DNA from: Acidobacteriota bacterium
Lineage (GTDB): Bacteria > Acidobacteriota > UBA6911 > RPQK01 > JAJDTT01
NCBI GenBank assembly: GCA_965263035.1
Contig: OZ253580.1
Location: 1,088,001 to 1,152,000 of the forward strand
Direction: 5' to 3'
Length of the DNA: 64,000 nucleotides
Each line of letters begins with the position of its first letter. The first letter of the stretch is position 1. The position numbers and the translations under genes are program-made. Below the pieces are notes generated by a model. That model had not been told where the DNA came from and did not search any database. It was given only the letters and a program-made list of their open reading frames with translations. Below are positions 1 to 10,453 of the stretch, one piece after another.

Positions 1-459
1 GTCCGGTTTCGCCCCGGCAGTCGCGACCATCGGCTGGCGGAGCTTCGAGACCTGATGCCGACGCTGCTGGACCTTTGCGGCCTCGAGCCTCCCGGCTCCC
101 TCGACGGAATCTCTCTGGCCGGCGAAGCGGACCGCGACCATCTCTACGGCGAGTTTCGGGAGGGTCCGGCATCCACCCGCATGATCCGCGACCGGCGCCA
201 CAAACTCATCTACTACCCGGTCGGCAACGTCTTCCAACTGTTCGATCTGGACCAGGACCCCCTGGAACAACGAAATCTGGCTGGAAATGCCTCCCTGCGG
301 GAGGTACAGGATCGTCTGGTGCGGCTGCTGGTGGACCACCTCTACGGCTCGGACCTCGAGTGGGTCCGGGAGGGCCGTCTCGTGGGGCTGCCGGACCGGG
401 AATACGTCCCCACGGCGGACCGGGGCCTGGGCGCCCAGAGAGGCTGGCGGTTTCTTTGA
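1..459 (+). CDS. Sulfatase-family protein, C-terminal part (5' end lies outside the window)
   Basis: Frame is open from base 1 (..LAELRDLMPTLLDLCG..). RMIRD..KLIYY..QLFDL..DP.E..NLA is the typical sulfatase C-terminus. Confidence 0.8.
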   Translation, partial: VRFRPGSRDHRLAELRDLMPTLLDLCGLEPPGSLDGISLAGEADRDHLYGEFREGPASTRMIRDRRHKLIYYPVGNVFQLFDLDQDPLEQRNLAGNASLREVQDRLVRLLVDHLYGSDLEWVREGRLVGLPDREYVPTADRGLGAQRGWRFL

Positions 460-478
460 CGCGGGACCCGGAGATCTC

Positions 479-1783
479 ATGAGAGCCGGAATCGGGATTT
501 GGGGTTCCTCCACATTGATGCTGGCGGCGACTCTGGTCCCGCTCCTGCCGGCTCAAGAACGGGAGCCCAACTACGACGAGAAGCAAGTCCCCGCCTACGT
601 CCTCCCCGATCTCCTGGTGACGGAGGACGGCCGCCAAGTCAAGACCGCGCGGGACTGGCGAAAGATACGCCGTCCCGAGATCCTGGAGCTCTTCCGCTCC
701 CAGATGTACGGGCGGCGTCCCGGACAGCTCCTGGAGCTGAGGTCCCGGGTCACCTCCGTGGACTCCCGTGCACTCGGCGGCACAGCCGTCCGCAAAGAGG
801 TCTCGCTCTACTTCAGCCCGGAACGCGACCTCCCCCGGATGGATCTCCTGATCTACCTGCCGGTGTCCGGTTCCGGTCCGGTCCCGGCGTTTCTGGGTCT
901 CAACTTCAACGGCAACCACTCCATCCATCCCGACCCGGGCATTTCCCTGACCAAAAACTGGATGCGGCCTTCCAAGGTAGAGGGTGCGGTGGTGGAGAAC
1001 CGAGCCACGGAGAAGGGCCGCGGAACGTTCTCCCGGCGCTGGCCGGTGGAAAAGATCATCGGCCGCGGCTACGCCCTGGTAACGGCCTACTACGGGGACA
1101 TCGATCCCGACTACCACGACAATTTCCGGAACGGGGTCCATCCCCTCTTCTACCGGCCGGGACAAACGCGGCCTGACGCCGACGAGTGGGGCTCCATCGC
1201 CACCTGGGCCTGGGGATTGAGCCGGGCCCTGGACTACCTGGAAACCGACCCGGGAATCGACGCGCACAAGGTGGCGGTGCTGGGCCACTCCCGTCTGGGA
1301 AAGACCGCCCTCTGGGCCGGCGCCGAGGACGAGCGCTTCGCCCTGGTCATCTCCAACAATTCCGGTTGCGGTGGAGCGGCCCTGAGCCGGCGCCGCTTCG
1401 GGGAGACTGTCGCGAGGATCAATCGGGTCTTTCCCCACTGGTTCTGCGGAAACTTCAAGCAATACGGCGGCAAGGAAGAAAGACTCCCCATGGACCAGCA
1501 TCTGCTGGTAGCTCTGGTGGGCCCCCGTCCGGTCTACGTGGCCAGCGCGGCGGAGGACCGATGGGCGGATCCGAAAGGCGAGTACCTGTCGGCTCGCCAC
1601 GCCAGCCCCGTCTACGCGCTCCTGGGACTGCCCGGACTCCCCGGGGACTCCATGCCCGGCGTGAACCAGCCCCTCATGGGTACCATCGGCTACCACATCC
1701 GGAGCGGCCGGCACGACGTGACCGATTACGACTGGGACCGGTATCTGGACTTTGCGGATCGGCACCTGCGCAAAGGACGTTAG
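479..1783 (+). CDS. CE15 glucuronoyl esterase-like serine hydrolase with signal peptide
   Basis: GHSRLGK nucleophile motif, NNSGCGGAAL, DQH, WADP.GE motifs; hydrophobic N-terminus after ATG 479. Confidence 0.85.
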   Translation: MRAGIGIWGSSTLMLAATLVPLLPAQEREPNYDEKQVPAYVLPDLLVTEDGRQVKTARDWRKIRRPEILELFRSQMYGRRPGQLLELRSRVTSVDSRALGGTAVRKEVSLYFSPERDLPRMDLLIYLPVSGSGPVPAFLGLNFNGNHSIHPDPGISLTKNWMRPSKVEGAVVENRATEKGRGTFSRRWPVEKIIGRGYALVTAYYGDIDPDYHDNFRNGVHPLFYRPGQTRPDADEWGSIATWAWGLSRALDYLETDPGIDAHKVAVLGHSRLGKTALWAGAEDERFALVISNNSGCGGAALSRRRFGETVARINRVFPHWFCGNFKQYGGKEERLPMDQHLLVALVGPRPVYVASAAEDRWADPKGEYLSARHASPVYALLGLPGLPGDSMPGVNQPLMGTIGYHIRSGRHDVTDYDWDRYLDFADRHLRKGR

Positions 1784-2505
1784 ACGGAAATGGCCGGAAT
1801 TCTGACGAGCCGGTCCTCTTCCTGGCACCAGGCCGTCAACTCTCCCCCGTACACGCATCCCGAATCGAGGCCCATGGTGAGGCGGTTGCGGTAGAACCCC
1901 CGCGCTGCCCAGTGCCCGTGAACCACCAGGACGTTTCCCCGGTAGAAGCTGTCCCACGGCTGGTAAGGCGGCGTGCAGCCGGCGGGGGGGCCGCTGTACT
2001 TCAGAGGAAGACCCTCGGTGGTACAGCAACGGACCGACGTGGCGAATCGCACGCCGTCACTCTGGAGCCAAGCGTCATCGTGAGGTTCCGCGTTGAGCCT
2101 CCGGGCCAGAGCTGGCAGGTCGTTCCAAGCGGGCTTCAAGCCGGCGTGAACAATCCAGGCCTCGGGGCCGTCTCCCAGGGGCGGGAGATGCACCACCACC
2201 GGGCACGCTCTCAGCCGGGCCATGAAATCGCCTACGTCAGGTGCGGCAAAGAGTGTCCGGAGGGATCTGGGTGGCTCGGGCCTGATTCCCGAGAAGGCGA
2301 GAAGGGCGTGAATCTCGTGGTTCCCCAGAAGCGAGCGCCCGCCAATGTCCAACCAGATTCTCAGCGTCGCCAGCGAGTCGGGTCCCCGGTTGATCAGATC
2401 ACCAAGGCACCACAACTGGTCCCGGTTCGGATCGAAGCGGATGACCGAGAGGAGTTTCTCGAACTCCCGGGCACAACCTTGTATATCGCCTACGACCCAG
2501 CGCAC
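1780..2505 (-). CDS. apaH: Symmetrical bis(5'-nucleosyl)-tetraphosphatase (ApaH-like metallophosphoesterase)
   Basis: GDIQGC, GDLINRGPDS, LGNHE, VHAG, GHWA and LDSGCVYGG motifs. Confidence 0.85.
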   Translation of the reverse strand: MRWVVGDIQGCAREFEKLLSVIRFDPNRDQLWCLGDLINRGPDSLATLRIWLDIGGRSLLGNHEIHALLAFSGIRPEPPRSLRTLFAAPDVGDFMARLRACPVVVHLPPLGDGPEAWIVHAGLKPAWNDLPALARRLNAEPHDDAWLQSDGVRFATSVRCCTTEGLPLKYSGPPAGCTPPYQPWDSFYRGNVLVVHGHWAARGFYRNRLTMGLDSGCVYGGELTAWCQEEDRLVRIPAISV

Positions 2506-2850
2506 GACACTTCCCGAACTCGGTTCCGAGTCGACCGTCCCACGACGGAATCAGACTGCATTTTGGACACGCCGCCTCCCGGAGCGGATGTTCAATCAAG
2601 AAAGAATCGGCCGTTTCGCATCATGGATGTACCCGGCCGCGGATCACAGGCCTCGCAGATCACGGCGAATATCGATGATATCGAGCAGAAACGTGGAAGC
2701 AGCCCTTCCGTCGCCGGTCCCATTCGTGGGAGCTGGCCTGAGTCATTTCCTCATCAACCCCGAACTCATGAGGATCTCCAGTGCGAAGTCTAATCGAAGG
2801 AGATGATTGGAGGATCATGCGGGCCAGTGCTTCAGAATCCAGTCGGAGAC

Positions 2851-5800
2851 TCATTGACCGCACCATTCCCGGGCGTTCTGGAAGAGTCGGAGCCAAGGGG
2901 AAACTTCCAGACGATCCTTCCAATCCTGGGGCATCCAGCCCCATTGCCATTTCAGGAAGGTTCGCTCCGGATGGGGCATCATGGCGAGATGGCGGCCGTC
3001 GGGGGAGCAGAGCGCGGCGATTCCGTCCGCCGACCCGTTGGGGTTGAGCGGGTAGTCGTCGGTAACCTGACCCGCGTCGTCCACAAAGCGGATGGGCGCC
3101 AAGCCCTGATCCCGGATCCGAGCCAGCGTGGACTGCTGCGGAAAGAATGCTCGCCCCTCCCCATGGTTCACCCAGATTCCCAGGACGGATCCGGTCATCC
3201 CCTTCAACATCAGCGCCGGACTCTCCTGGATACGAACCGTGGAGAAACGGGACTCGAATCGTCCTGATCGGTTGCGTACGAATCGCGGTTGGTCCGCGGT
3301 CCCGATTCCCCTCCAAGGGATCCAGCCCAGGAGGGCCATGAGCTGACAACCGTTGCACACTCCCAGGCTGAAACTGTCGGGCCGACGGTAGAAGCGCTCG
3401 AACTGTTCCCAGAGCTCCGGATTGAACCGGATGACGCCGGCCCAACCCTTCGCCGAGTCCAAGACGTCCGCGTAGCTGAAGCCGCCCACGAACGCGACTC
3501 CGCGGAATGAGGAGAGTTGGACGGAGCCGGAGAGCAGGTCGGACATGGTCACGTCCCAGGATTCGAAACCGGCTTGGTGAAATGCCGACGCCATCTCCCG
3601 GTCTCCGTTGCTTCCCTCTTCTCGCAAGATGGCCACCCGGGGACGCCCCTCGCCCGCGAGCCGGTCCGGCGCCGTGGCCCGGGGAGTGAACGAGAGTGAG
3701 TAGGCCGGAGCCCGCCGCCGTTTCAGAGAACGGCGCTCCTGACGGGCGCATTCCGGATTGACTTGAAGCAGTTCGATCCGGTAGCTGGTCTCCTCCCAGA
3801 GATCCCTCAGTTCCCGGACGTCGCCTTCCAGGACGACGGCGCCATCCACCCGAATCTCGACCCGGAGTTCCCGCAACGCGCGGCCGATCACCCGGCAGGG
3901 GATGTCCGCATCCTTCAGGATTCGGCGGACCCGGGCCTCCCCCTCGGGACTCACCTCCAGGATCAGTCCCAACTCCTCGGAGAACAGAAGGGGAAGAACT
4001 TCCTTCCCCTCGGCATTCTCCAGATTCACCTCGACGCCGCAGTCCCCCGCAAAGGCCATCTCCAGAATCGTCGTGAGCAGTCCTCCTTCGCTCCGGTCGT
4101 GGCCGCTGGCCAAGAGCCGCTCTCCAATCAGGGTCTGGACCGCCTCGAAGGACCGGCCCAGGATCCCGGCATCCTCCAGATCCGGGGGCTCGTCACCCAA
4201 CTGTCCGTACACCTGAGCCAGGGCCGATCCCCCGAGACGGTTCCGGCCCGAGGACAGGTCCAGGAACAGTAGACGGCCTCGCCCCGGCAGCTTCAGGTCA
4301 GGTGTGACCGTTTGCGTGATGTCGGAACAGGTGACGTAGGCCGACAGGACCAGTGCCCCGGGCGCCTTTACCGTCTCCTCCCGGCCCGAGTCACCCAGAG
4401 GCGCCAAGGCCGCCATGGAAAGGCTGTCCTTGCCTCCGTCCACGGCGATTCCCAACTCCAGGAGGGTGTCCCGCAAGGCCATCGCGGCGGCGTAGACGCG
4501 GGCTCCCTCCCCCGGGAGCTTGGCCGGCCACATCCAATTGCCTGAGCACTTCACGTCCTGGAGATGACTCACCGGAGCCCAGACCAGGTTGGTCAGGGAC
4601 TCGGCCAAGGACATCCGGGCCATGGCCCCCGGATCCAGCAACCCCAGAATGGGCCGCTCTCCGATGGCCGTGGCGGCGCCGGTGGACCCGAAGTGGCTCT
4701 GGGCGATGACCGAAACGTCTGAAAGGGTCAGCTGGAGAGGACCGACGCACTGTTGCTGGGCGACCAGACCGGTCACGCTGCGGTCCACCTTGTTGGTCAG
4801 GAATCGCTTGGACCCCACCGAAACCAGTCGAAAAACCCGCTCCAGCGATTCCCGGACCGACGCCGAGGCAGGAAGCCGGAGCGGCCTCAGTTGCAGCGGC
4901 AACCGCTCGAGCTGGAAGACCTTTCGCGGCATGGATCCCAACACCTGGTCCAGTTCCAGGTCCACCGGAGTCGACCCGTCCCGCTCGTCGAAAAGGACGA
5001 TGCGCCCGTCACCCGTGACCCGTCCGACGAAGGCGGCCGGCACCTTTTCCCGCCGGCAGAGGTCGAGAAACAGCCGGGAGTCGTCCGGTCTCAGCAACAG
5101 AGCGTCCTGCTCCTGGTATTCGGCCACCCAGATCTCCAGAACCGACAGGGTCTCGTCTCCGACGGGGATCTTTCGAAGTTCGATCCTGGCCCCGGCCGGC
5201 TCGGCGATCTCCTTGAGCACGTTGCAGTTTCCGCCGGCGCCCTGGTCGTGGATGCTGACGATGGGGTTCCCTTCCCCCATTTCCACGCAGGCGCGGATCA
5301 CCCGGTTGACCTTCTGCTCCATCTCGGCATCGCCCCGCTGGACGGCGTTGAAGTCCAGCTCGGCCACGTTCTCACCCTGCACCATGCTGGAGGCGGCCCC
5401 CCCGCCCAGACCGATGCGATAGGCGGGACCTCCGATCTTGACCACCCACATCCCCGCTTCGGGCACTTCCTTGCGCAGGTGGCGGGCGTCGATCTGGCCC
5501 AGCCCCCCGGTGAACATGATGGGCTTGATCCACTCGCGCCGCTCGCCGCCCGGCAACCGCAAGCCGAACGAGCGGGTAAATCCCTGGATCAGCGGTTCTC
5601 CGAACTTGTTGCCGTAGTCGGAGGCGCCGTCGCTGGCCTCGATCTCGATCTGGAGGGGAGAGGCCAGGTTGTCCGGATACCTGAAATCGCTGTCCTCCCA
5701 GGGCAGCTCGTACCCGGGAATACGCAGGTTGCCCACGCAGTAGGCGGCCGTCCCGGCCACCACCAGAGATCCCTTCCCAGTGGCATGGACGTCCCGGATA

Positions 5801-6771
5801 CGCCCGCCGGTCCCCGTCTCCGCTCCCGGAAACGGGGCCACCCCCGACGGAAAATTGTGGGTTTCGGCGGTGAAAATGATGTCGTGGTCCACCTGAGAGA
5901 CCGCCATGGGCCCCGGACTTCCCGGCTCCGAAGGAAGCAGGGTCTCGATCCGGTAGCCGCGAATCGCGCTGGAGTTGTCCCGAAAGGCGAGGACGCTGTT
6001 ACGGGAATTGGCCCGCATCGGCTCCTGGATCAGTTCCATCAATGAGGCCGCCTGCTCCTGTCCGTCTATCACCATCCGGCCCTTGAAGAACCAGTGACGC
6101 GAGTGCTCGCTGTTGGACTGGGCGATGTCGAAGCACTCCACGTCGGTGGGGTTGCGGCCCAGCCGGCCCGCAAAAAGATCCGTGTAGTAGTCCAGATCCC
6201 AGTCGTCGAAGGCGAGACCGGCCTCCCGGTTCAGCCGCTCCAGCGCGCCTCTGCCCTCTTGGAGAACGGGGACCTGGAAGCTGGCCTCGGGGCGGACCGC
6301 GCCGTCGAATGACGTGAGGGGTGCGGAATAGGGGAACTCGGTCATCCGATCGTGGACCAACTCCAGGAATCGTCGCCGTTGACGATCCGAGAGCCGGCCA
6401 GTTCGCCGAAGAAGGTACCGCCGGGATCGTTCGATCCGAGTGATCTCCTCCAAACCGCAGGAATGGCAGACGGCAACGGCGTTGGTGCACCAGGCCGTCT
6501 TGAAGCTCAACCGGGGTCCCACTTCGAGACAGATTCCGTCCGCAGAGAGAAAGGACCGATCACCAAATCCTTCCGGCTCGAAGGTCTCGCCCAGGAGCCA
6601 GGACAAGATCGTTTTTCCTTCTTCGGTCAGCCGGCCGGCGGCTTCCACGTAGAAGCAATACTCGGTTTCGATCTCCCCGATCTCCAAGCCGAGCGCCGCG
6701 CGGACCTGCCGGATCAGCTCCCGCTCCTTCGCGTCGGAGAGCGCCGGTTTCCGGTAGAACTGATTCAGCAC
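2851..6771 (-). CDS. purL: Phosphoribosylformylglycinamidine synthase, large single-chain type
   Basis: 1306 aa; NSEHSRH, ETHNFP, IHDQGAGG, GGKDSLSM; C-terminal glutaminase motifs GVCNGCQ and MMPHPER. Confidence 0.95.
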   Translation of the reverse strand: MLNQFYRKPALSDAKERELIRQVRAALGLEIGEIETEYCFYVEAAGRLTEEGKTILSWLLGETFEPEGFGDRSFLSADGICLEVGPRLSFKTAWCTNAVAVCHSCGLEEITRIERSRRYLLRRTGRLSDRQRRRFLELVHDRMTEFPYSAPLTSFDGAVRPEASFQVPVLQEGRGALERLNREAGLAFDDWDLDYYTDLFAGRLGRNPTDVECFDIAQSNSEHSRHWFFKGRMVIDGQEQAASLMELIQEPMRANSRNSVLAFRDNSSAIRGYRIETLLPSEPGSPGPMAVSQVDHDIIFTAETHNFPSGVAPFPGAETGTGGRIRDVHATGKGSLVVAGTAAYCVGNLRIPGYELPWEDSDFRYPDNLASPLQIEIEASDGASDYGNKFGEPLIQGFTRSFGLRLPGGERREWIKPIMFTGGLGQIDARHLRKEVPEAGMWVVKIGGPAYRIGLGGGAASSMVQGENVAELDFNAVQRGDAEMEQKVNRVIRACVEMGEGNPIVSIHDQGAGGNCNVLKEIAEPAGARIELRKIPVGDETLSVLEIWVAEYQEQDALLLRPDDSRLFLDLCRREKVPAAFVGRVTGDGRIVLFDERDGSTPVDLELDQVLGSMPRKVFQLERLPLQLRPLRLPASASVRESLERVFRLVSVGSKRFLTNKVDRSVTGLVAQQQCVGPLQLTLSDVSVIAQSHFGSTGAATAIGERPILGLLDPGAMARMSLAESLTNLVWAPVSHLQDVKCSGNWMWPAKLPGEGARVYAAAMALRDTLLELGIAVDGGKDSLSMAALAPLGDSGREETVKAPGALVLSAYVTCSDITQTVTPDLKLPGRGRLLFLDLSSGRNRLGGSALAQVYGQLGDEPPDLEDAGILGRSFEAVQTLIGERLLASGHDRSEGGLLTTILEMAFAGDCGVEVNLENAEGKEVLPLLFSEELGLILEVSPEGEARVRRILKDADIPCRVIGRALRELRVEIRVDGAVVLEGDVRELRDLWEETSYRIELLQVNPECARQERRSLKRRRAPAYSLSFTPRATAPDRLAGEGRPRVAILREEGSNGDREMASAFHQAGFESWDVTMSDLLSGSVQLSSFRGVAFVGGFSYADVLDSAKGWAGVIRFNPELWEQFERFYRRPDSFSLGVCNGCQLMALLGWIPWRGIGTADQPRFVRNRSGRFESRFSTVRIQESPALMLKGMTGSVLGIWVNHGEGRAFFPQQSTLARIRDQGLAPIRFVDDAGQVTDDYPLNPNGSADGIAALCSPDGRHLAMMPHPERTFLKWQWGWMPQDWKDRLEVSPWLRLFQNAREWCGQ

Positions 6772-6901
6772 GAATCCTCCCTCCAGCCTCTATTGTAGCC
6801 GTCCCCTCCCGACAAGATGAGAAGTGAGTAGAGCTGGAAGAGATGCGCGAAGGTGGCCTTGGGATCGGTTCCTTCGTAGTAGACTGGACGGGAGGGAATC
6901 C

Positions 6902-7246
6902 ATGACGGAAAGGGACAGCCTGGTCATCGTCTTCGCAGGGAGCGTCTTCGATGCGACACTGGCCAAGAATCTGTTGGAGAGTGTGCAGATCGAGGCGTTC
7001 CTGTTGGACGAGCAGATGGGCCGGCTGATCCCTGCCTACATTTCCGCGTTCGGGGCGGGGGCGGTCAAGGTCGCCGTGAGACCGTCCGATGCGGAGGAGT
7101 CAAGGGAAGTGCTGTCTGCCGCCGCGGAGTCGCCGCCGGTGGTAGACGGAACCTGGGAATGTCCCAACTGTGGTGAAGTCCTGGAAGCTCAGTTCGGGGC
7201 CTGCTGGAGTTGCCAGACAGCCCGGCCCGACAAGGAACAGTCATGA
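6902..7246 (+). CDS. DUF2007-like (PII-fold signal-transducing) protein with C-terminal zinc ribbon
   Basis: A.L.KNLLES.QIEAFL.DE pattern followed by WECPNCGE...CWSC. Confidence 0.7.
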   Translation: MTERDSLVIVFAGSVFDATLAKNLLESVQIEAFLLDEQMGRLIPAYISAFGAGAVKVAVRPSDAEESREVLSAAAESPPVVDGTWECPNCGEVLEAQFGACWSCQTARPDKEQS

Positions 7247-9792
7247 GGCCGAGTCGGTCGATATCAGGAGTTACAACACTGCTTTGCTTGGCTCTGGGCC
7301 CGGTCTTCCTGGCCGGTGGTCTCGCAGAATCGGAGGAACACTGGTTCCTGGTTCGACACGAAGATTACTTCCGTCAGAAGCTGCTCTTCGACTGGCCCAC
7401 GCAAGTGTCTGATTCGTCGTTGGAGGCGCGCCTGACCGTCGTCCAACCCCACGGCTTCAGCCATGAGCTGACCGCCGTTGCGACGCGGGAGAAGGACACC
7501 GGAGCGCTCGAGGTCGACTTCCCCCTGCTGGACGAGGGACGTTATGGACCTCTCCCCGAATGGCGGTGGGACATGGGGCACTACCGCTTTCGATTGGATC
7601 TCTCCAGCGAAGGCCGGTCGGTCGGCGTCCGCACCCTGCAGCTGGATCCTCACAACTTCTTCCCCCTGAATGCGGGAAGGCCACTCTCCCTGGCGGATTC
7701 CAGCCGGCAGTTCATCGAGTGCAGTCCCGAACGTCCCGCCTACATCGATCATCCCGAAATCGGCTACACCATCCGCACCCTCCCGGACCGGGTGAATTCA
7801 TGCCGCGTCGAGATCGATGTGCAGGGTCCCGACCGGACCCGGATGGCGGGCCCGGTCCGGCTGGATCTGGACCACGCCACCCAGCGGCGAAACTTCGACG
7901 GGACGGGTTGGCCCCGGGGCGAGTACTGGCTTCGGGTCCGGGTCCTGAAGAACGAAAAGGCCGTGGGCCCTTACCTGGTCCGCCATTTCTGGGTCGAAGA
8001 TTCGCAGGAGGCGCAGTCTCCCCGACTGCCCCTCCGACCCGGTCATCATGCCCAATACCTGCTGGACAACTGGATCCTGGCCGATTCCAAAGGCTTGAGG
8101 CACCGCCCCGACGGGCTCAGCCGGCTCTCGGACGGGCCCGTCCTGAGACTGGACAAACCCTGGGAGGAAGGCTCTTATGTAGTCTCTCTCGAATCCATTT
8201 CCCGGGACCCCGATACGGGTCAATATCAGGCAACGTACTTTGCGGGCGTGGTGGACGAGGACCCCCTCTACCGCCGCTTCGGCGGATCGGTCGGCCGGCC
8301 CCGTTATCTCTGCCAAGTGGTTTCGGACGATGGAGTCCATTGGCGAAAGCCCAACCTGGGACGCGTCTCCTACGAGGGCTCCCGAGACAACAACATCCTC
8401 CGCGACCTGACCCGGGAGGACTTCCTCCAGGACGGACAGTCCGACAGCTATCCCTATCCCAACAAGGATCGGCCCACGCCTCGCCGTTACCGTTTCCGCT
8501 TCTACGAACCGAGACAGGACGGACCCGTGGACATGGACCGTTTCGTCCTGCGCTATTTCTCCCGGAAGGCAGATGACTCCCCGGCCCAGTATGCAGGCGA
8601 TTTCCGTCCCCGGCCGGGTGAGTTCTGGGGATTGGAGCGGAGGGGCGACCTCTTTCTGGCCCTGACCCGGGAGCCGATCCTCCGCACCGGAACCGGCATG
8701 TCCCTGATGGTAACGACGGAACGGGCGTCCACCTATCCCTTCGAGGGAGAGCCCTTGGCCCTCTACCAGTCGGCGCGGTCCACCTTCACCCACTATGACC
8801 CCAGGTCCAAGACCTTTTTCTACTACTTTCGGCCCGAGTATCCCCCCTATCCTCCGCACGGCGTCTCCTACGAGTATTTCAAGAAGAGCGCCCGGCGCAC
8901 GCGGGGCCTGCTCTGGAGCCGGGACGGGAGATCCTGGAACCGCCGCCACATCGTCGCGCCCGACGAGCACGACCTTCCCGGCACCAGCTTTTACGGCTTC
9001 GGGTTCATCCATCCTGCCGGGCACGTGGAATCGGACACCGGGGGCCAGCTCTTTCTGGGAGCCGTGCTCCACTACAACCTGACCCTTCAGACCCAGTTTC
9101 AGGAACTGGTCTGGAGCCGCGACAAGATCCACTGGCGCCGTTTCGGAGCGGGCCGGACGCCTCTTCTGGAGAACGGACCGGTGGGAGCCTTCGATGCCGG
9201 GTTCGCCAACAACATGTCCGCCTACTTCTCTATTCCGGGTGCCCAGGGGGAGGAGGAGTGGTGGTTTCCTTACATGGGAAACCAGGCGCGCTACATGCTG
9301 GCGGCAGCCCGGGACACGGTGAAGAAACTACGCGTAAGCCTCCGTGACGTGGGCCTGGAGATGTTTCGGGAAACCTATCCCCACTTCCGTCTGGCTCCCT
9401 TCTTCACCAACTGGGAGGACTTCTTCAAGGAGTCGCAAGCATCAGTCTGGATCCCGGGCTTGGCGCGATGCAAGGCGGGGAGGCTGGGCCACGTTGAACC
9501 TACAGATGGCACAGGGGAGTTCACCACTCATCCCCTGGTCCAGGAGGGCAACCGGCTCCTGATCAACGCTCGGATCGAGGACGGAGGAAGCGTGCGGGTG
9601 GAGGTGCAGGACGCTGACGGAAACGTCTTCCCCGGGCTGGAGTTGGAAGGGTCGACCCCTTTGTCCGGCGACTCCGTGGCGCATCCGGTCCCCTGGAAGC
9701 GGGCCGGCCTGAAGGAAGTGTACGGAAGAGTGATCCGGCTGCGGGTCGTCCTGGACCGGGCCCATGTTTACGGCTTCCGCCTGGCCCCTTGA
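7243..9792 (+). CDS. Large secreted hypothetical protein, probably a beta-propeller glycoside-hydrolase-like fold
   Basis: Signal peptide; Asp-box-like repeats SDDGVHW, SRDGRSW, SRDKIHW; C-terminal beta-sandwich (L.INA..G.VRVEV.D..G). Start overlaps the upstream stop (ATGA). Confidence 0.65.
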   Translation: MRPSRSISGVTTLLCLALGPVFLAGGLAESEEHWFLVRHEDYFRQKLLFDWPTQVSDSSLEARLTVVQPHGFSHELTAVATREKDTGALEVDFPLLDEGRYGPLPEWRWDMGHYRFRLDLSSEGRSVGVRTLQLDPHNFFPLNAGRPLSLADSSRQFIECSPERPAYIDHPEIGYTIRTLPDRVNSCRVEIDVQGPDRTRMAGPVRLDLDHATQRRNFDGTGWPRGEYWLRVRVLKNEKAVGPYLVRHFWVEDSQEAQSPRLPLRPGHHAQYLLDNWILADSKGLRHRPDGLSRLSDGPVLRLDKPWEEGSYVVSLESISRDPDTGQYQATYFAGVVDEDPLYRRFGGSVGRPRYLCQVVSDDGVHWRKPNLGRVSYEGSRDNNILRDLTREDFLQDGQSDSYPYPNKDRPTPRRYRFRFYEPRQDGPVDMDRFVLRYFSRKADDSPAQYAGDFRPRPGEFWGLERRGDLFLALTREPILRTGTGMSLMVTTERASTYPFEGEPLALYQSARSTFTHYDPRSKTFFYYFRPEYPPYPPHGVSYEYFKKSARRTRGLLWSRDGRSWNRRHIVAPDEHDLPGTSFYGFGFIHPAGHVESDTGGQLFLGAVLHYNLTLQTQFQELVWSRDKIHWRRFGAGRTPLLENGPVGAFDAGFANNMSAYFSIPGAQGEEEWWFPYMGNQARYMLAAARDTVKKLRVSLRDVGLEMFRETYPHFRLAPFFTNWEDFFKESQASVWIPGLARCKAGRLGHVEPTDGTGEFTTHPLVQEGNRLLINARIEDGGSVRVEVQDADGNVFPGLELEGSTPLSGDSVAHPVPWKRAGLKEVYGRVIRLRVVLDRAHVYGFRLAP

Positions 9793-9815
9793 AGGCTCGC
9801 CCCTACGACTGTTCT

Positions 9816-10290
9816 CTAACGACTCTCTTCTGACGGATACTCCGGCCAATCGGACGTCCACCTCTCCCCGGCGCCAAGAATTCGTATAGGAAGTGTCGAA
9901 GACCAGGAGGATCTCTCCCGGTCCCATCTCCACCATGTCGGTGTAACAGGTGGAGGCTCGACCCTCACCGGGCGGGGAAAGGAGACCGTGGCGTCTTCCT
10001 GGCTCATCCACCGGCCGCCGTCCCGGGAGATGCAGTAGCCCCCGAAATCGCTTCCCTCCGGATAGCGCTCGTCGTTGGACATCCAGCACCCGACCATCAA
10101 CTCTCCGGTGGAGAAACGGCTGATCTGGGGAAACCAGAGCCACCGGTTATCCTTCCAGACCCTGGACGGCTGGCGCGTGACTACGACCGGGCCGCCCACC
10201 TGCACCGTGAGGCGATCCTTCGATTTCGCGGGCGCCGCACCAATCGGAGAGAAGAGCACGACAATCGACGCCAGTAACCAGTTTGCCGAA
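9816..10290 (-). pseudogene. Remnant of a BNR/sialidase-like secreted protein gene (internal deletion, frame break)
   Basis: One frame gives a signal-like stretch plus WLWFPQISRFSTGELMV..ISRDGGRW. A second frame gives STCYTDMVEMGPGEILLVFD, a sialidase-like C-terminus. No in-frame start upstream of the signal-like stretch. Confidence 0.5.
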
Positions 10291-10438
10291 AACGGGAAGT
10301 CTCCCGCTGCGGAGGTGGATGGTCGAATCTTGCACCTGGCTACGCGTCATTCCTTTCCGACGGGACGTGTATCAAGGAGGGAAAACCAGGACAACGGCGA
10401 CAGTTCTGACTTGAAGAGGTCCTTCCTTCCGGAAATTG

Positions 10439-10453
10439 TGACCAAGTTGGTCA
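10439..10453. promoter_or_regulatory. Palindrome TGACCAA-G-TTGGTCA, putative toxin-antitoxin autoregulatory operator
   Basis: Perfect 7-bp inverted repeat overlapping the antitoxin start codon. Confidence 0.55.

Noticed and set aside
2506-2850. 345-bp gap between purL and apaH as a small gene or RNA
   Set aside because: No credible ORF, RBS or recognisable structure.
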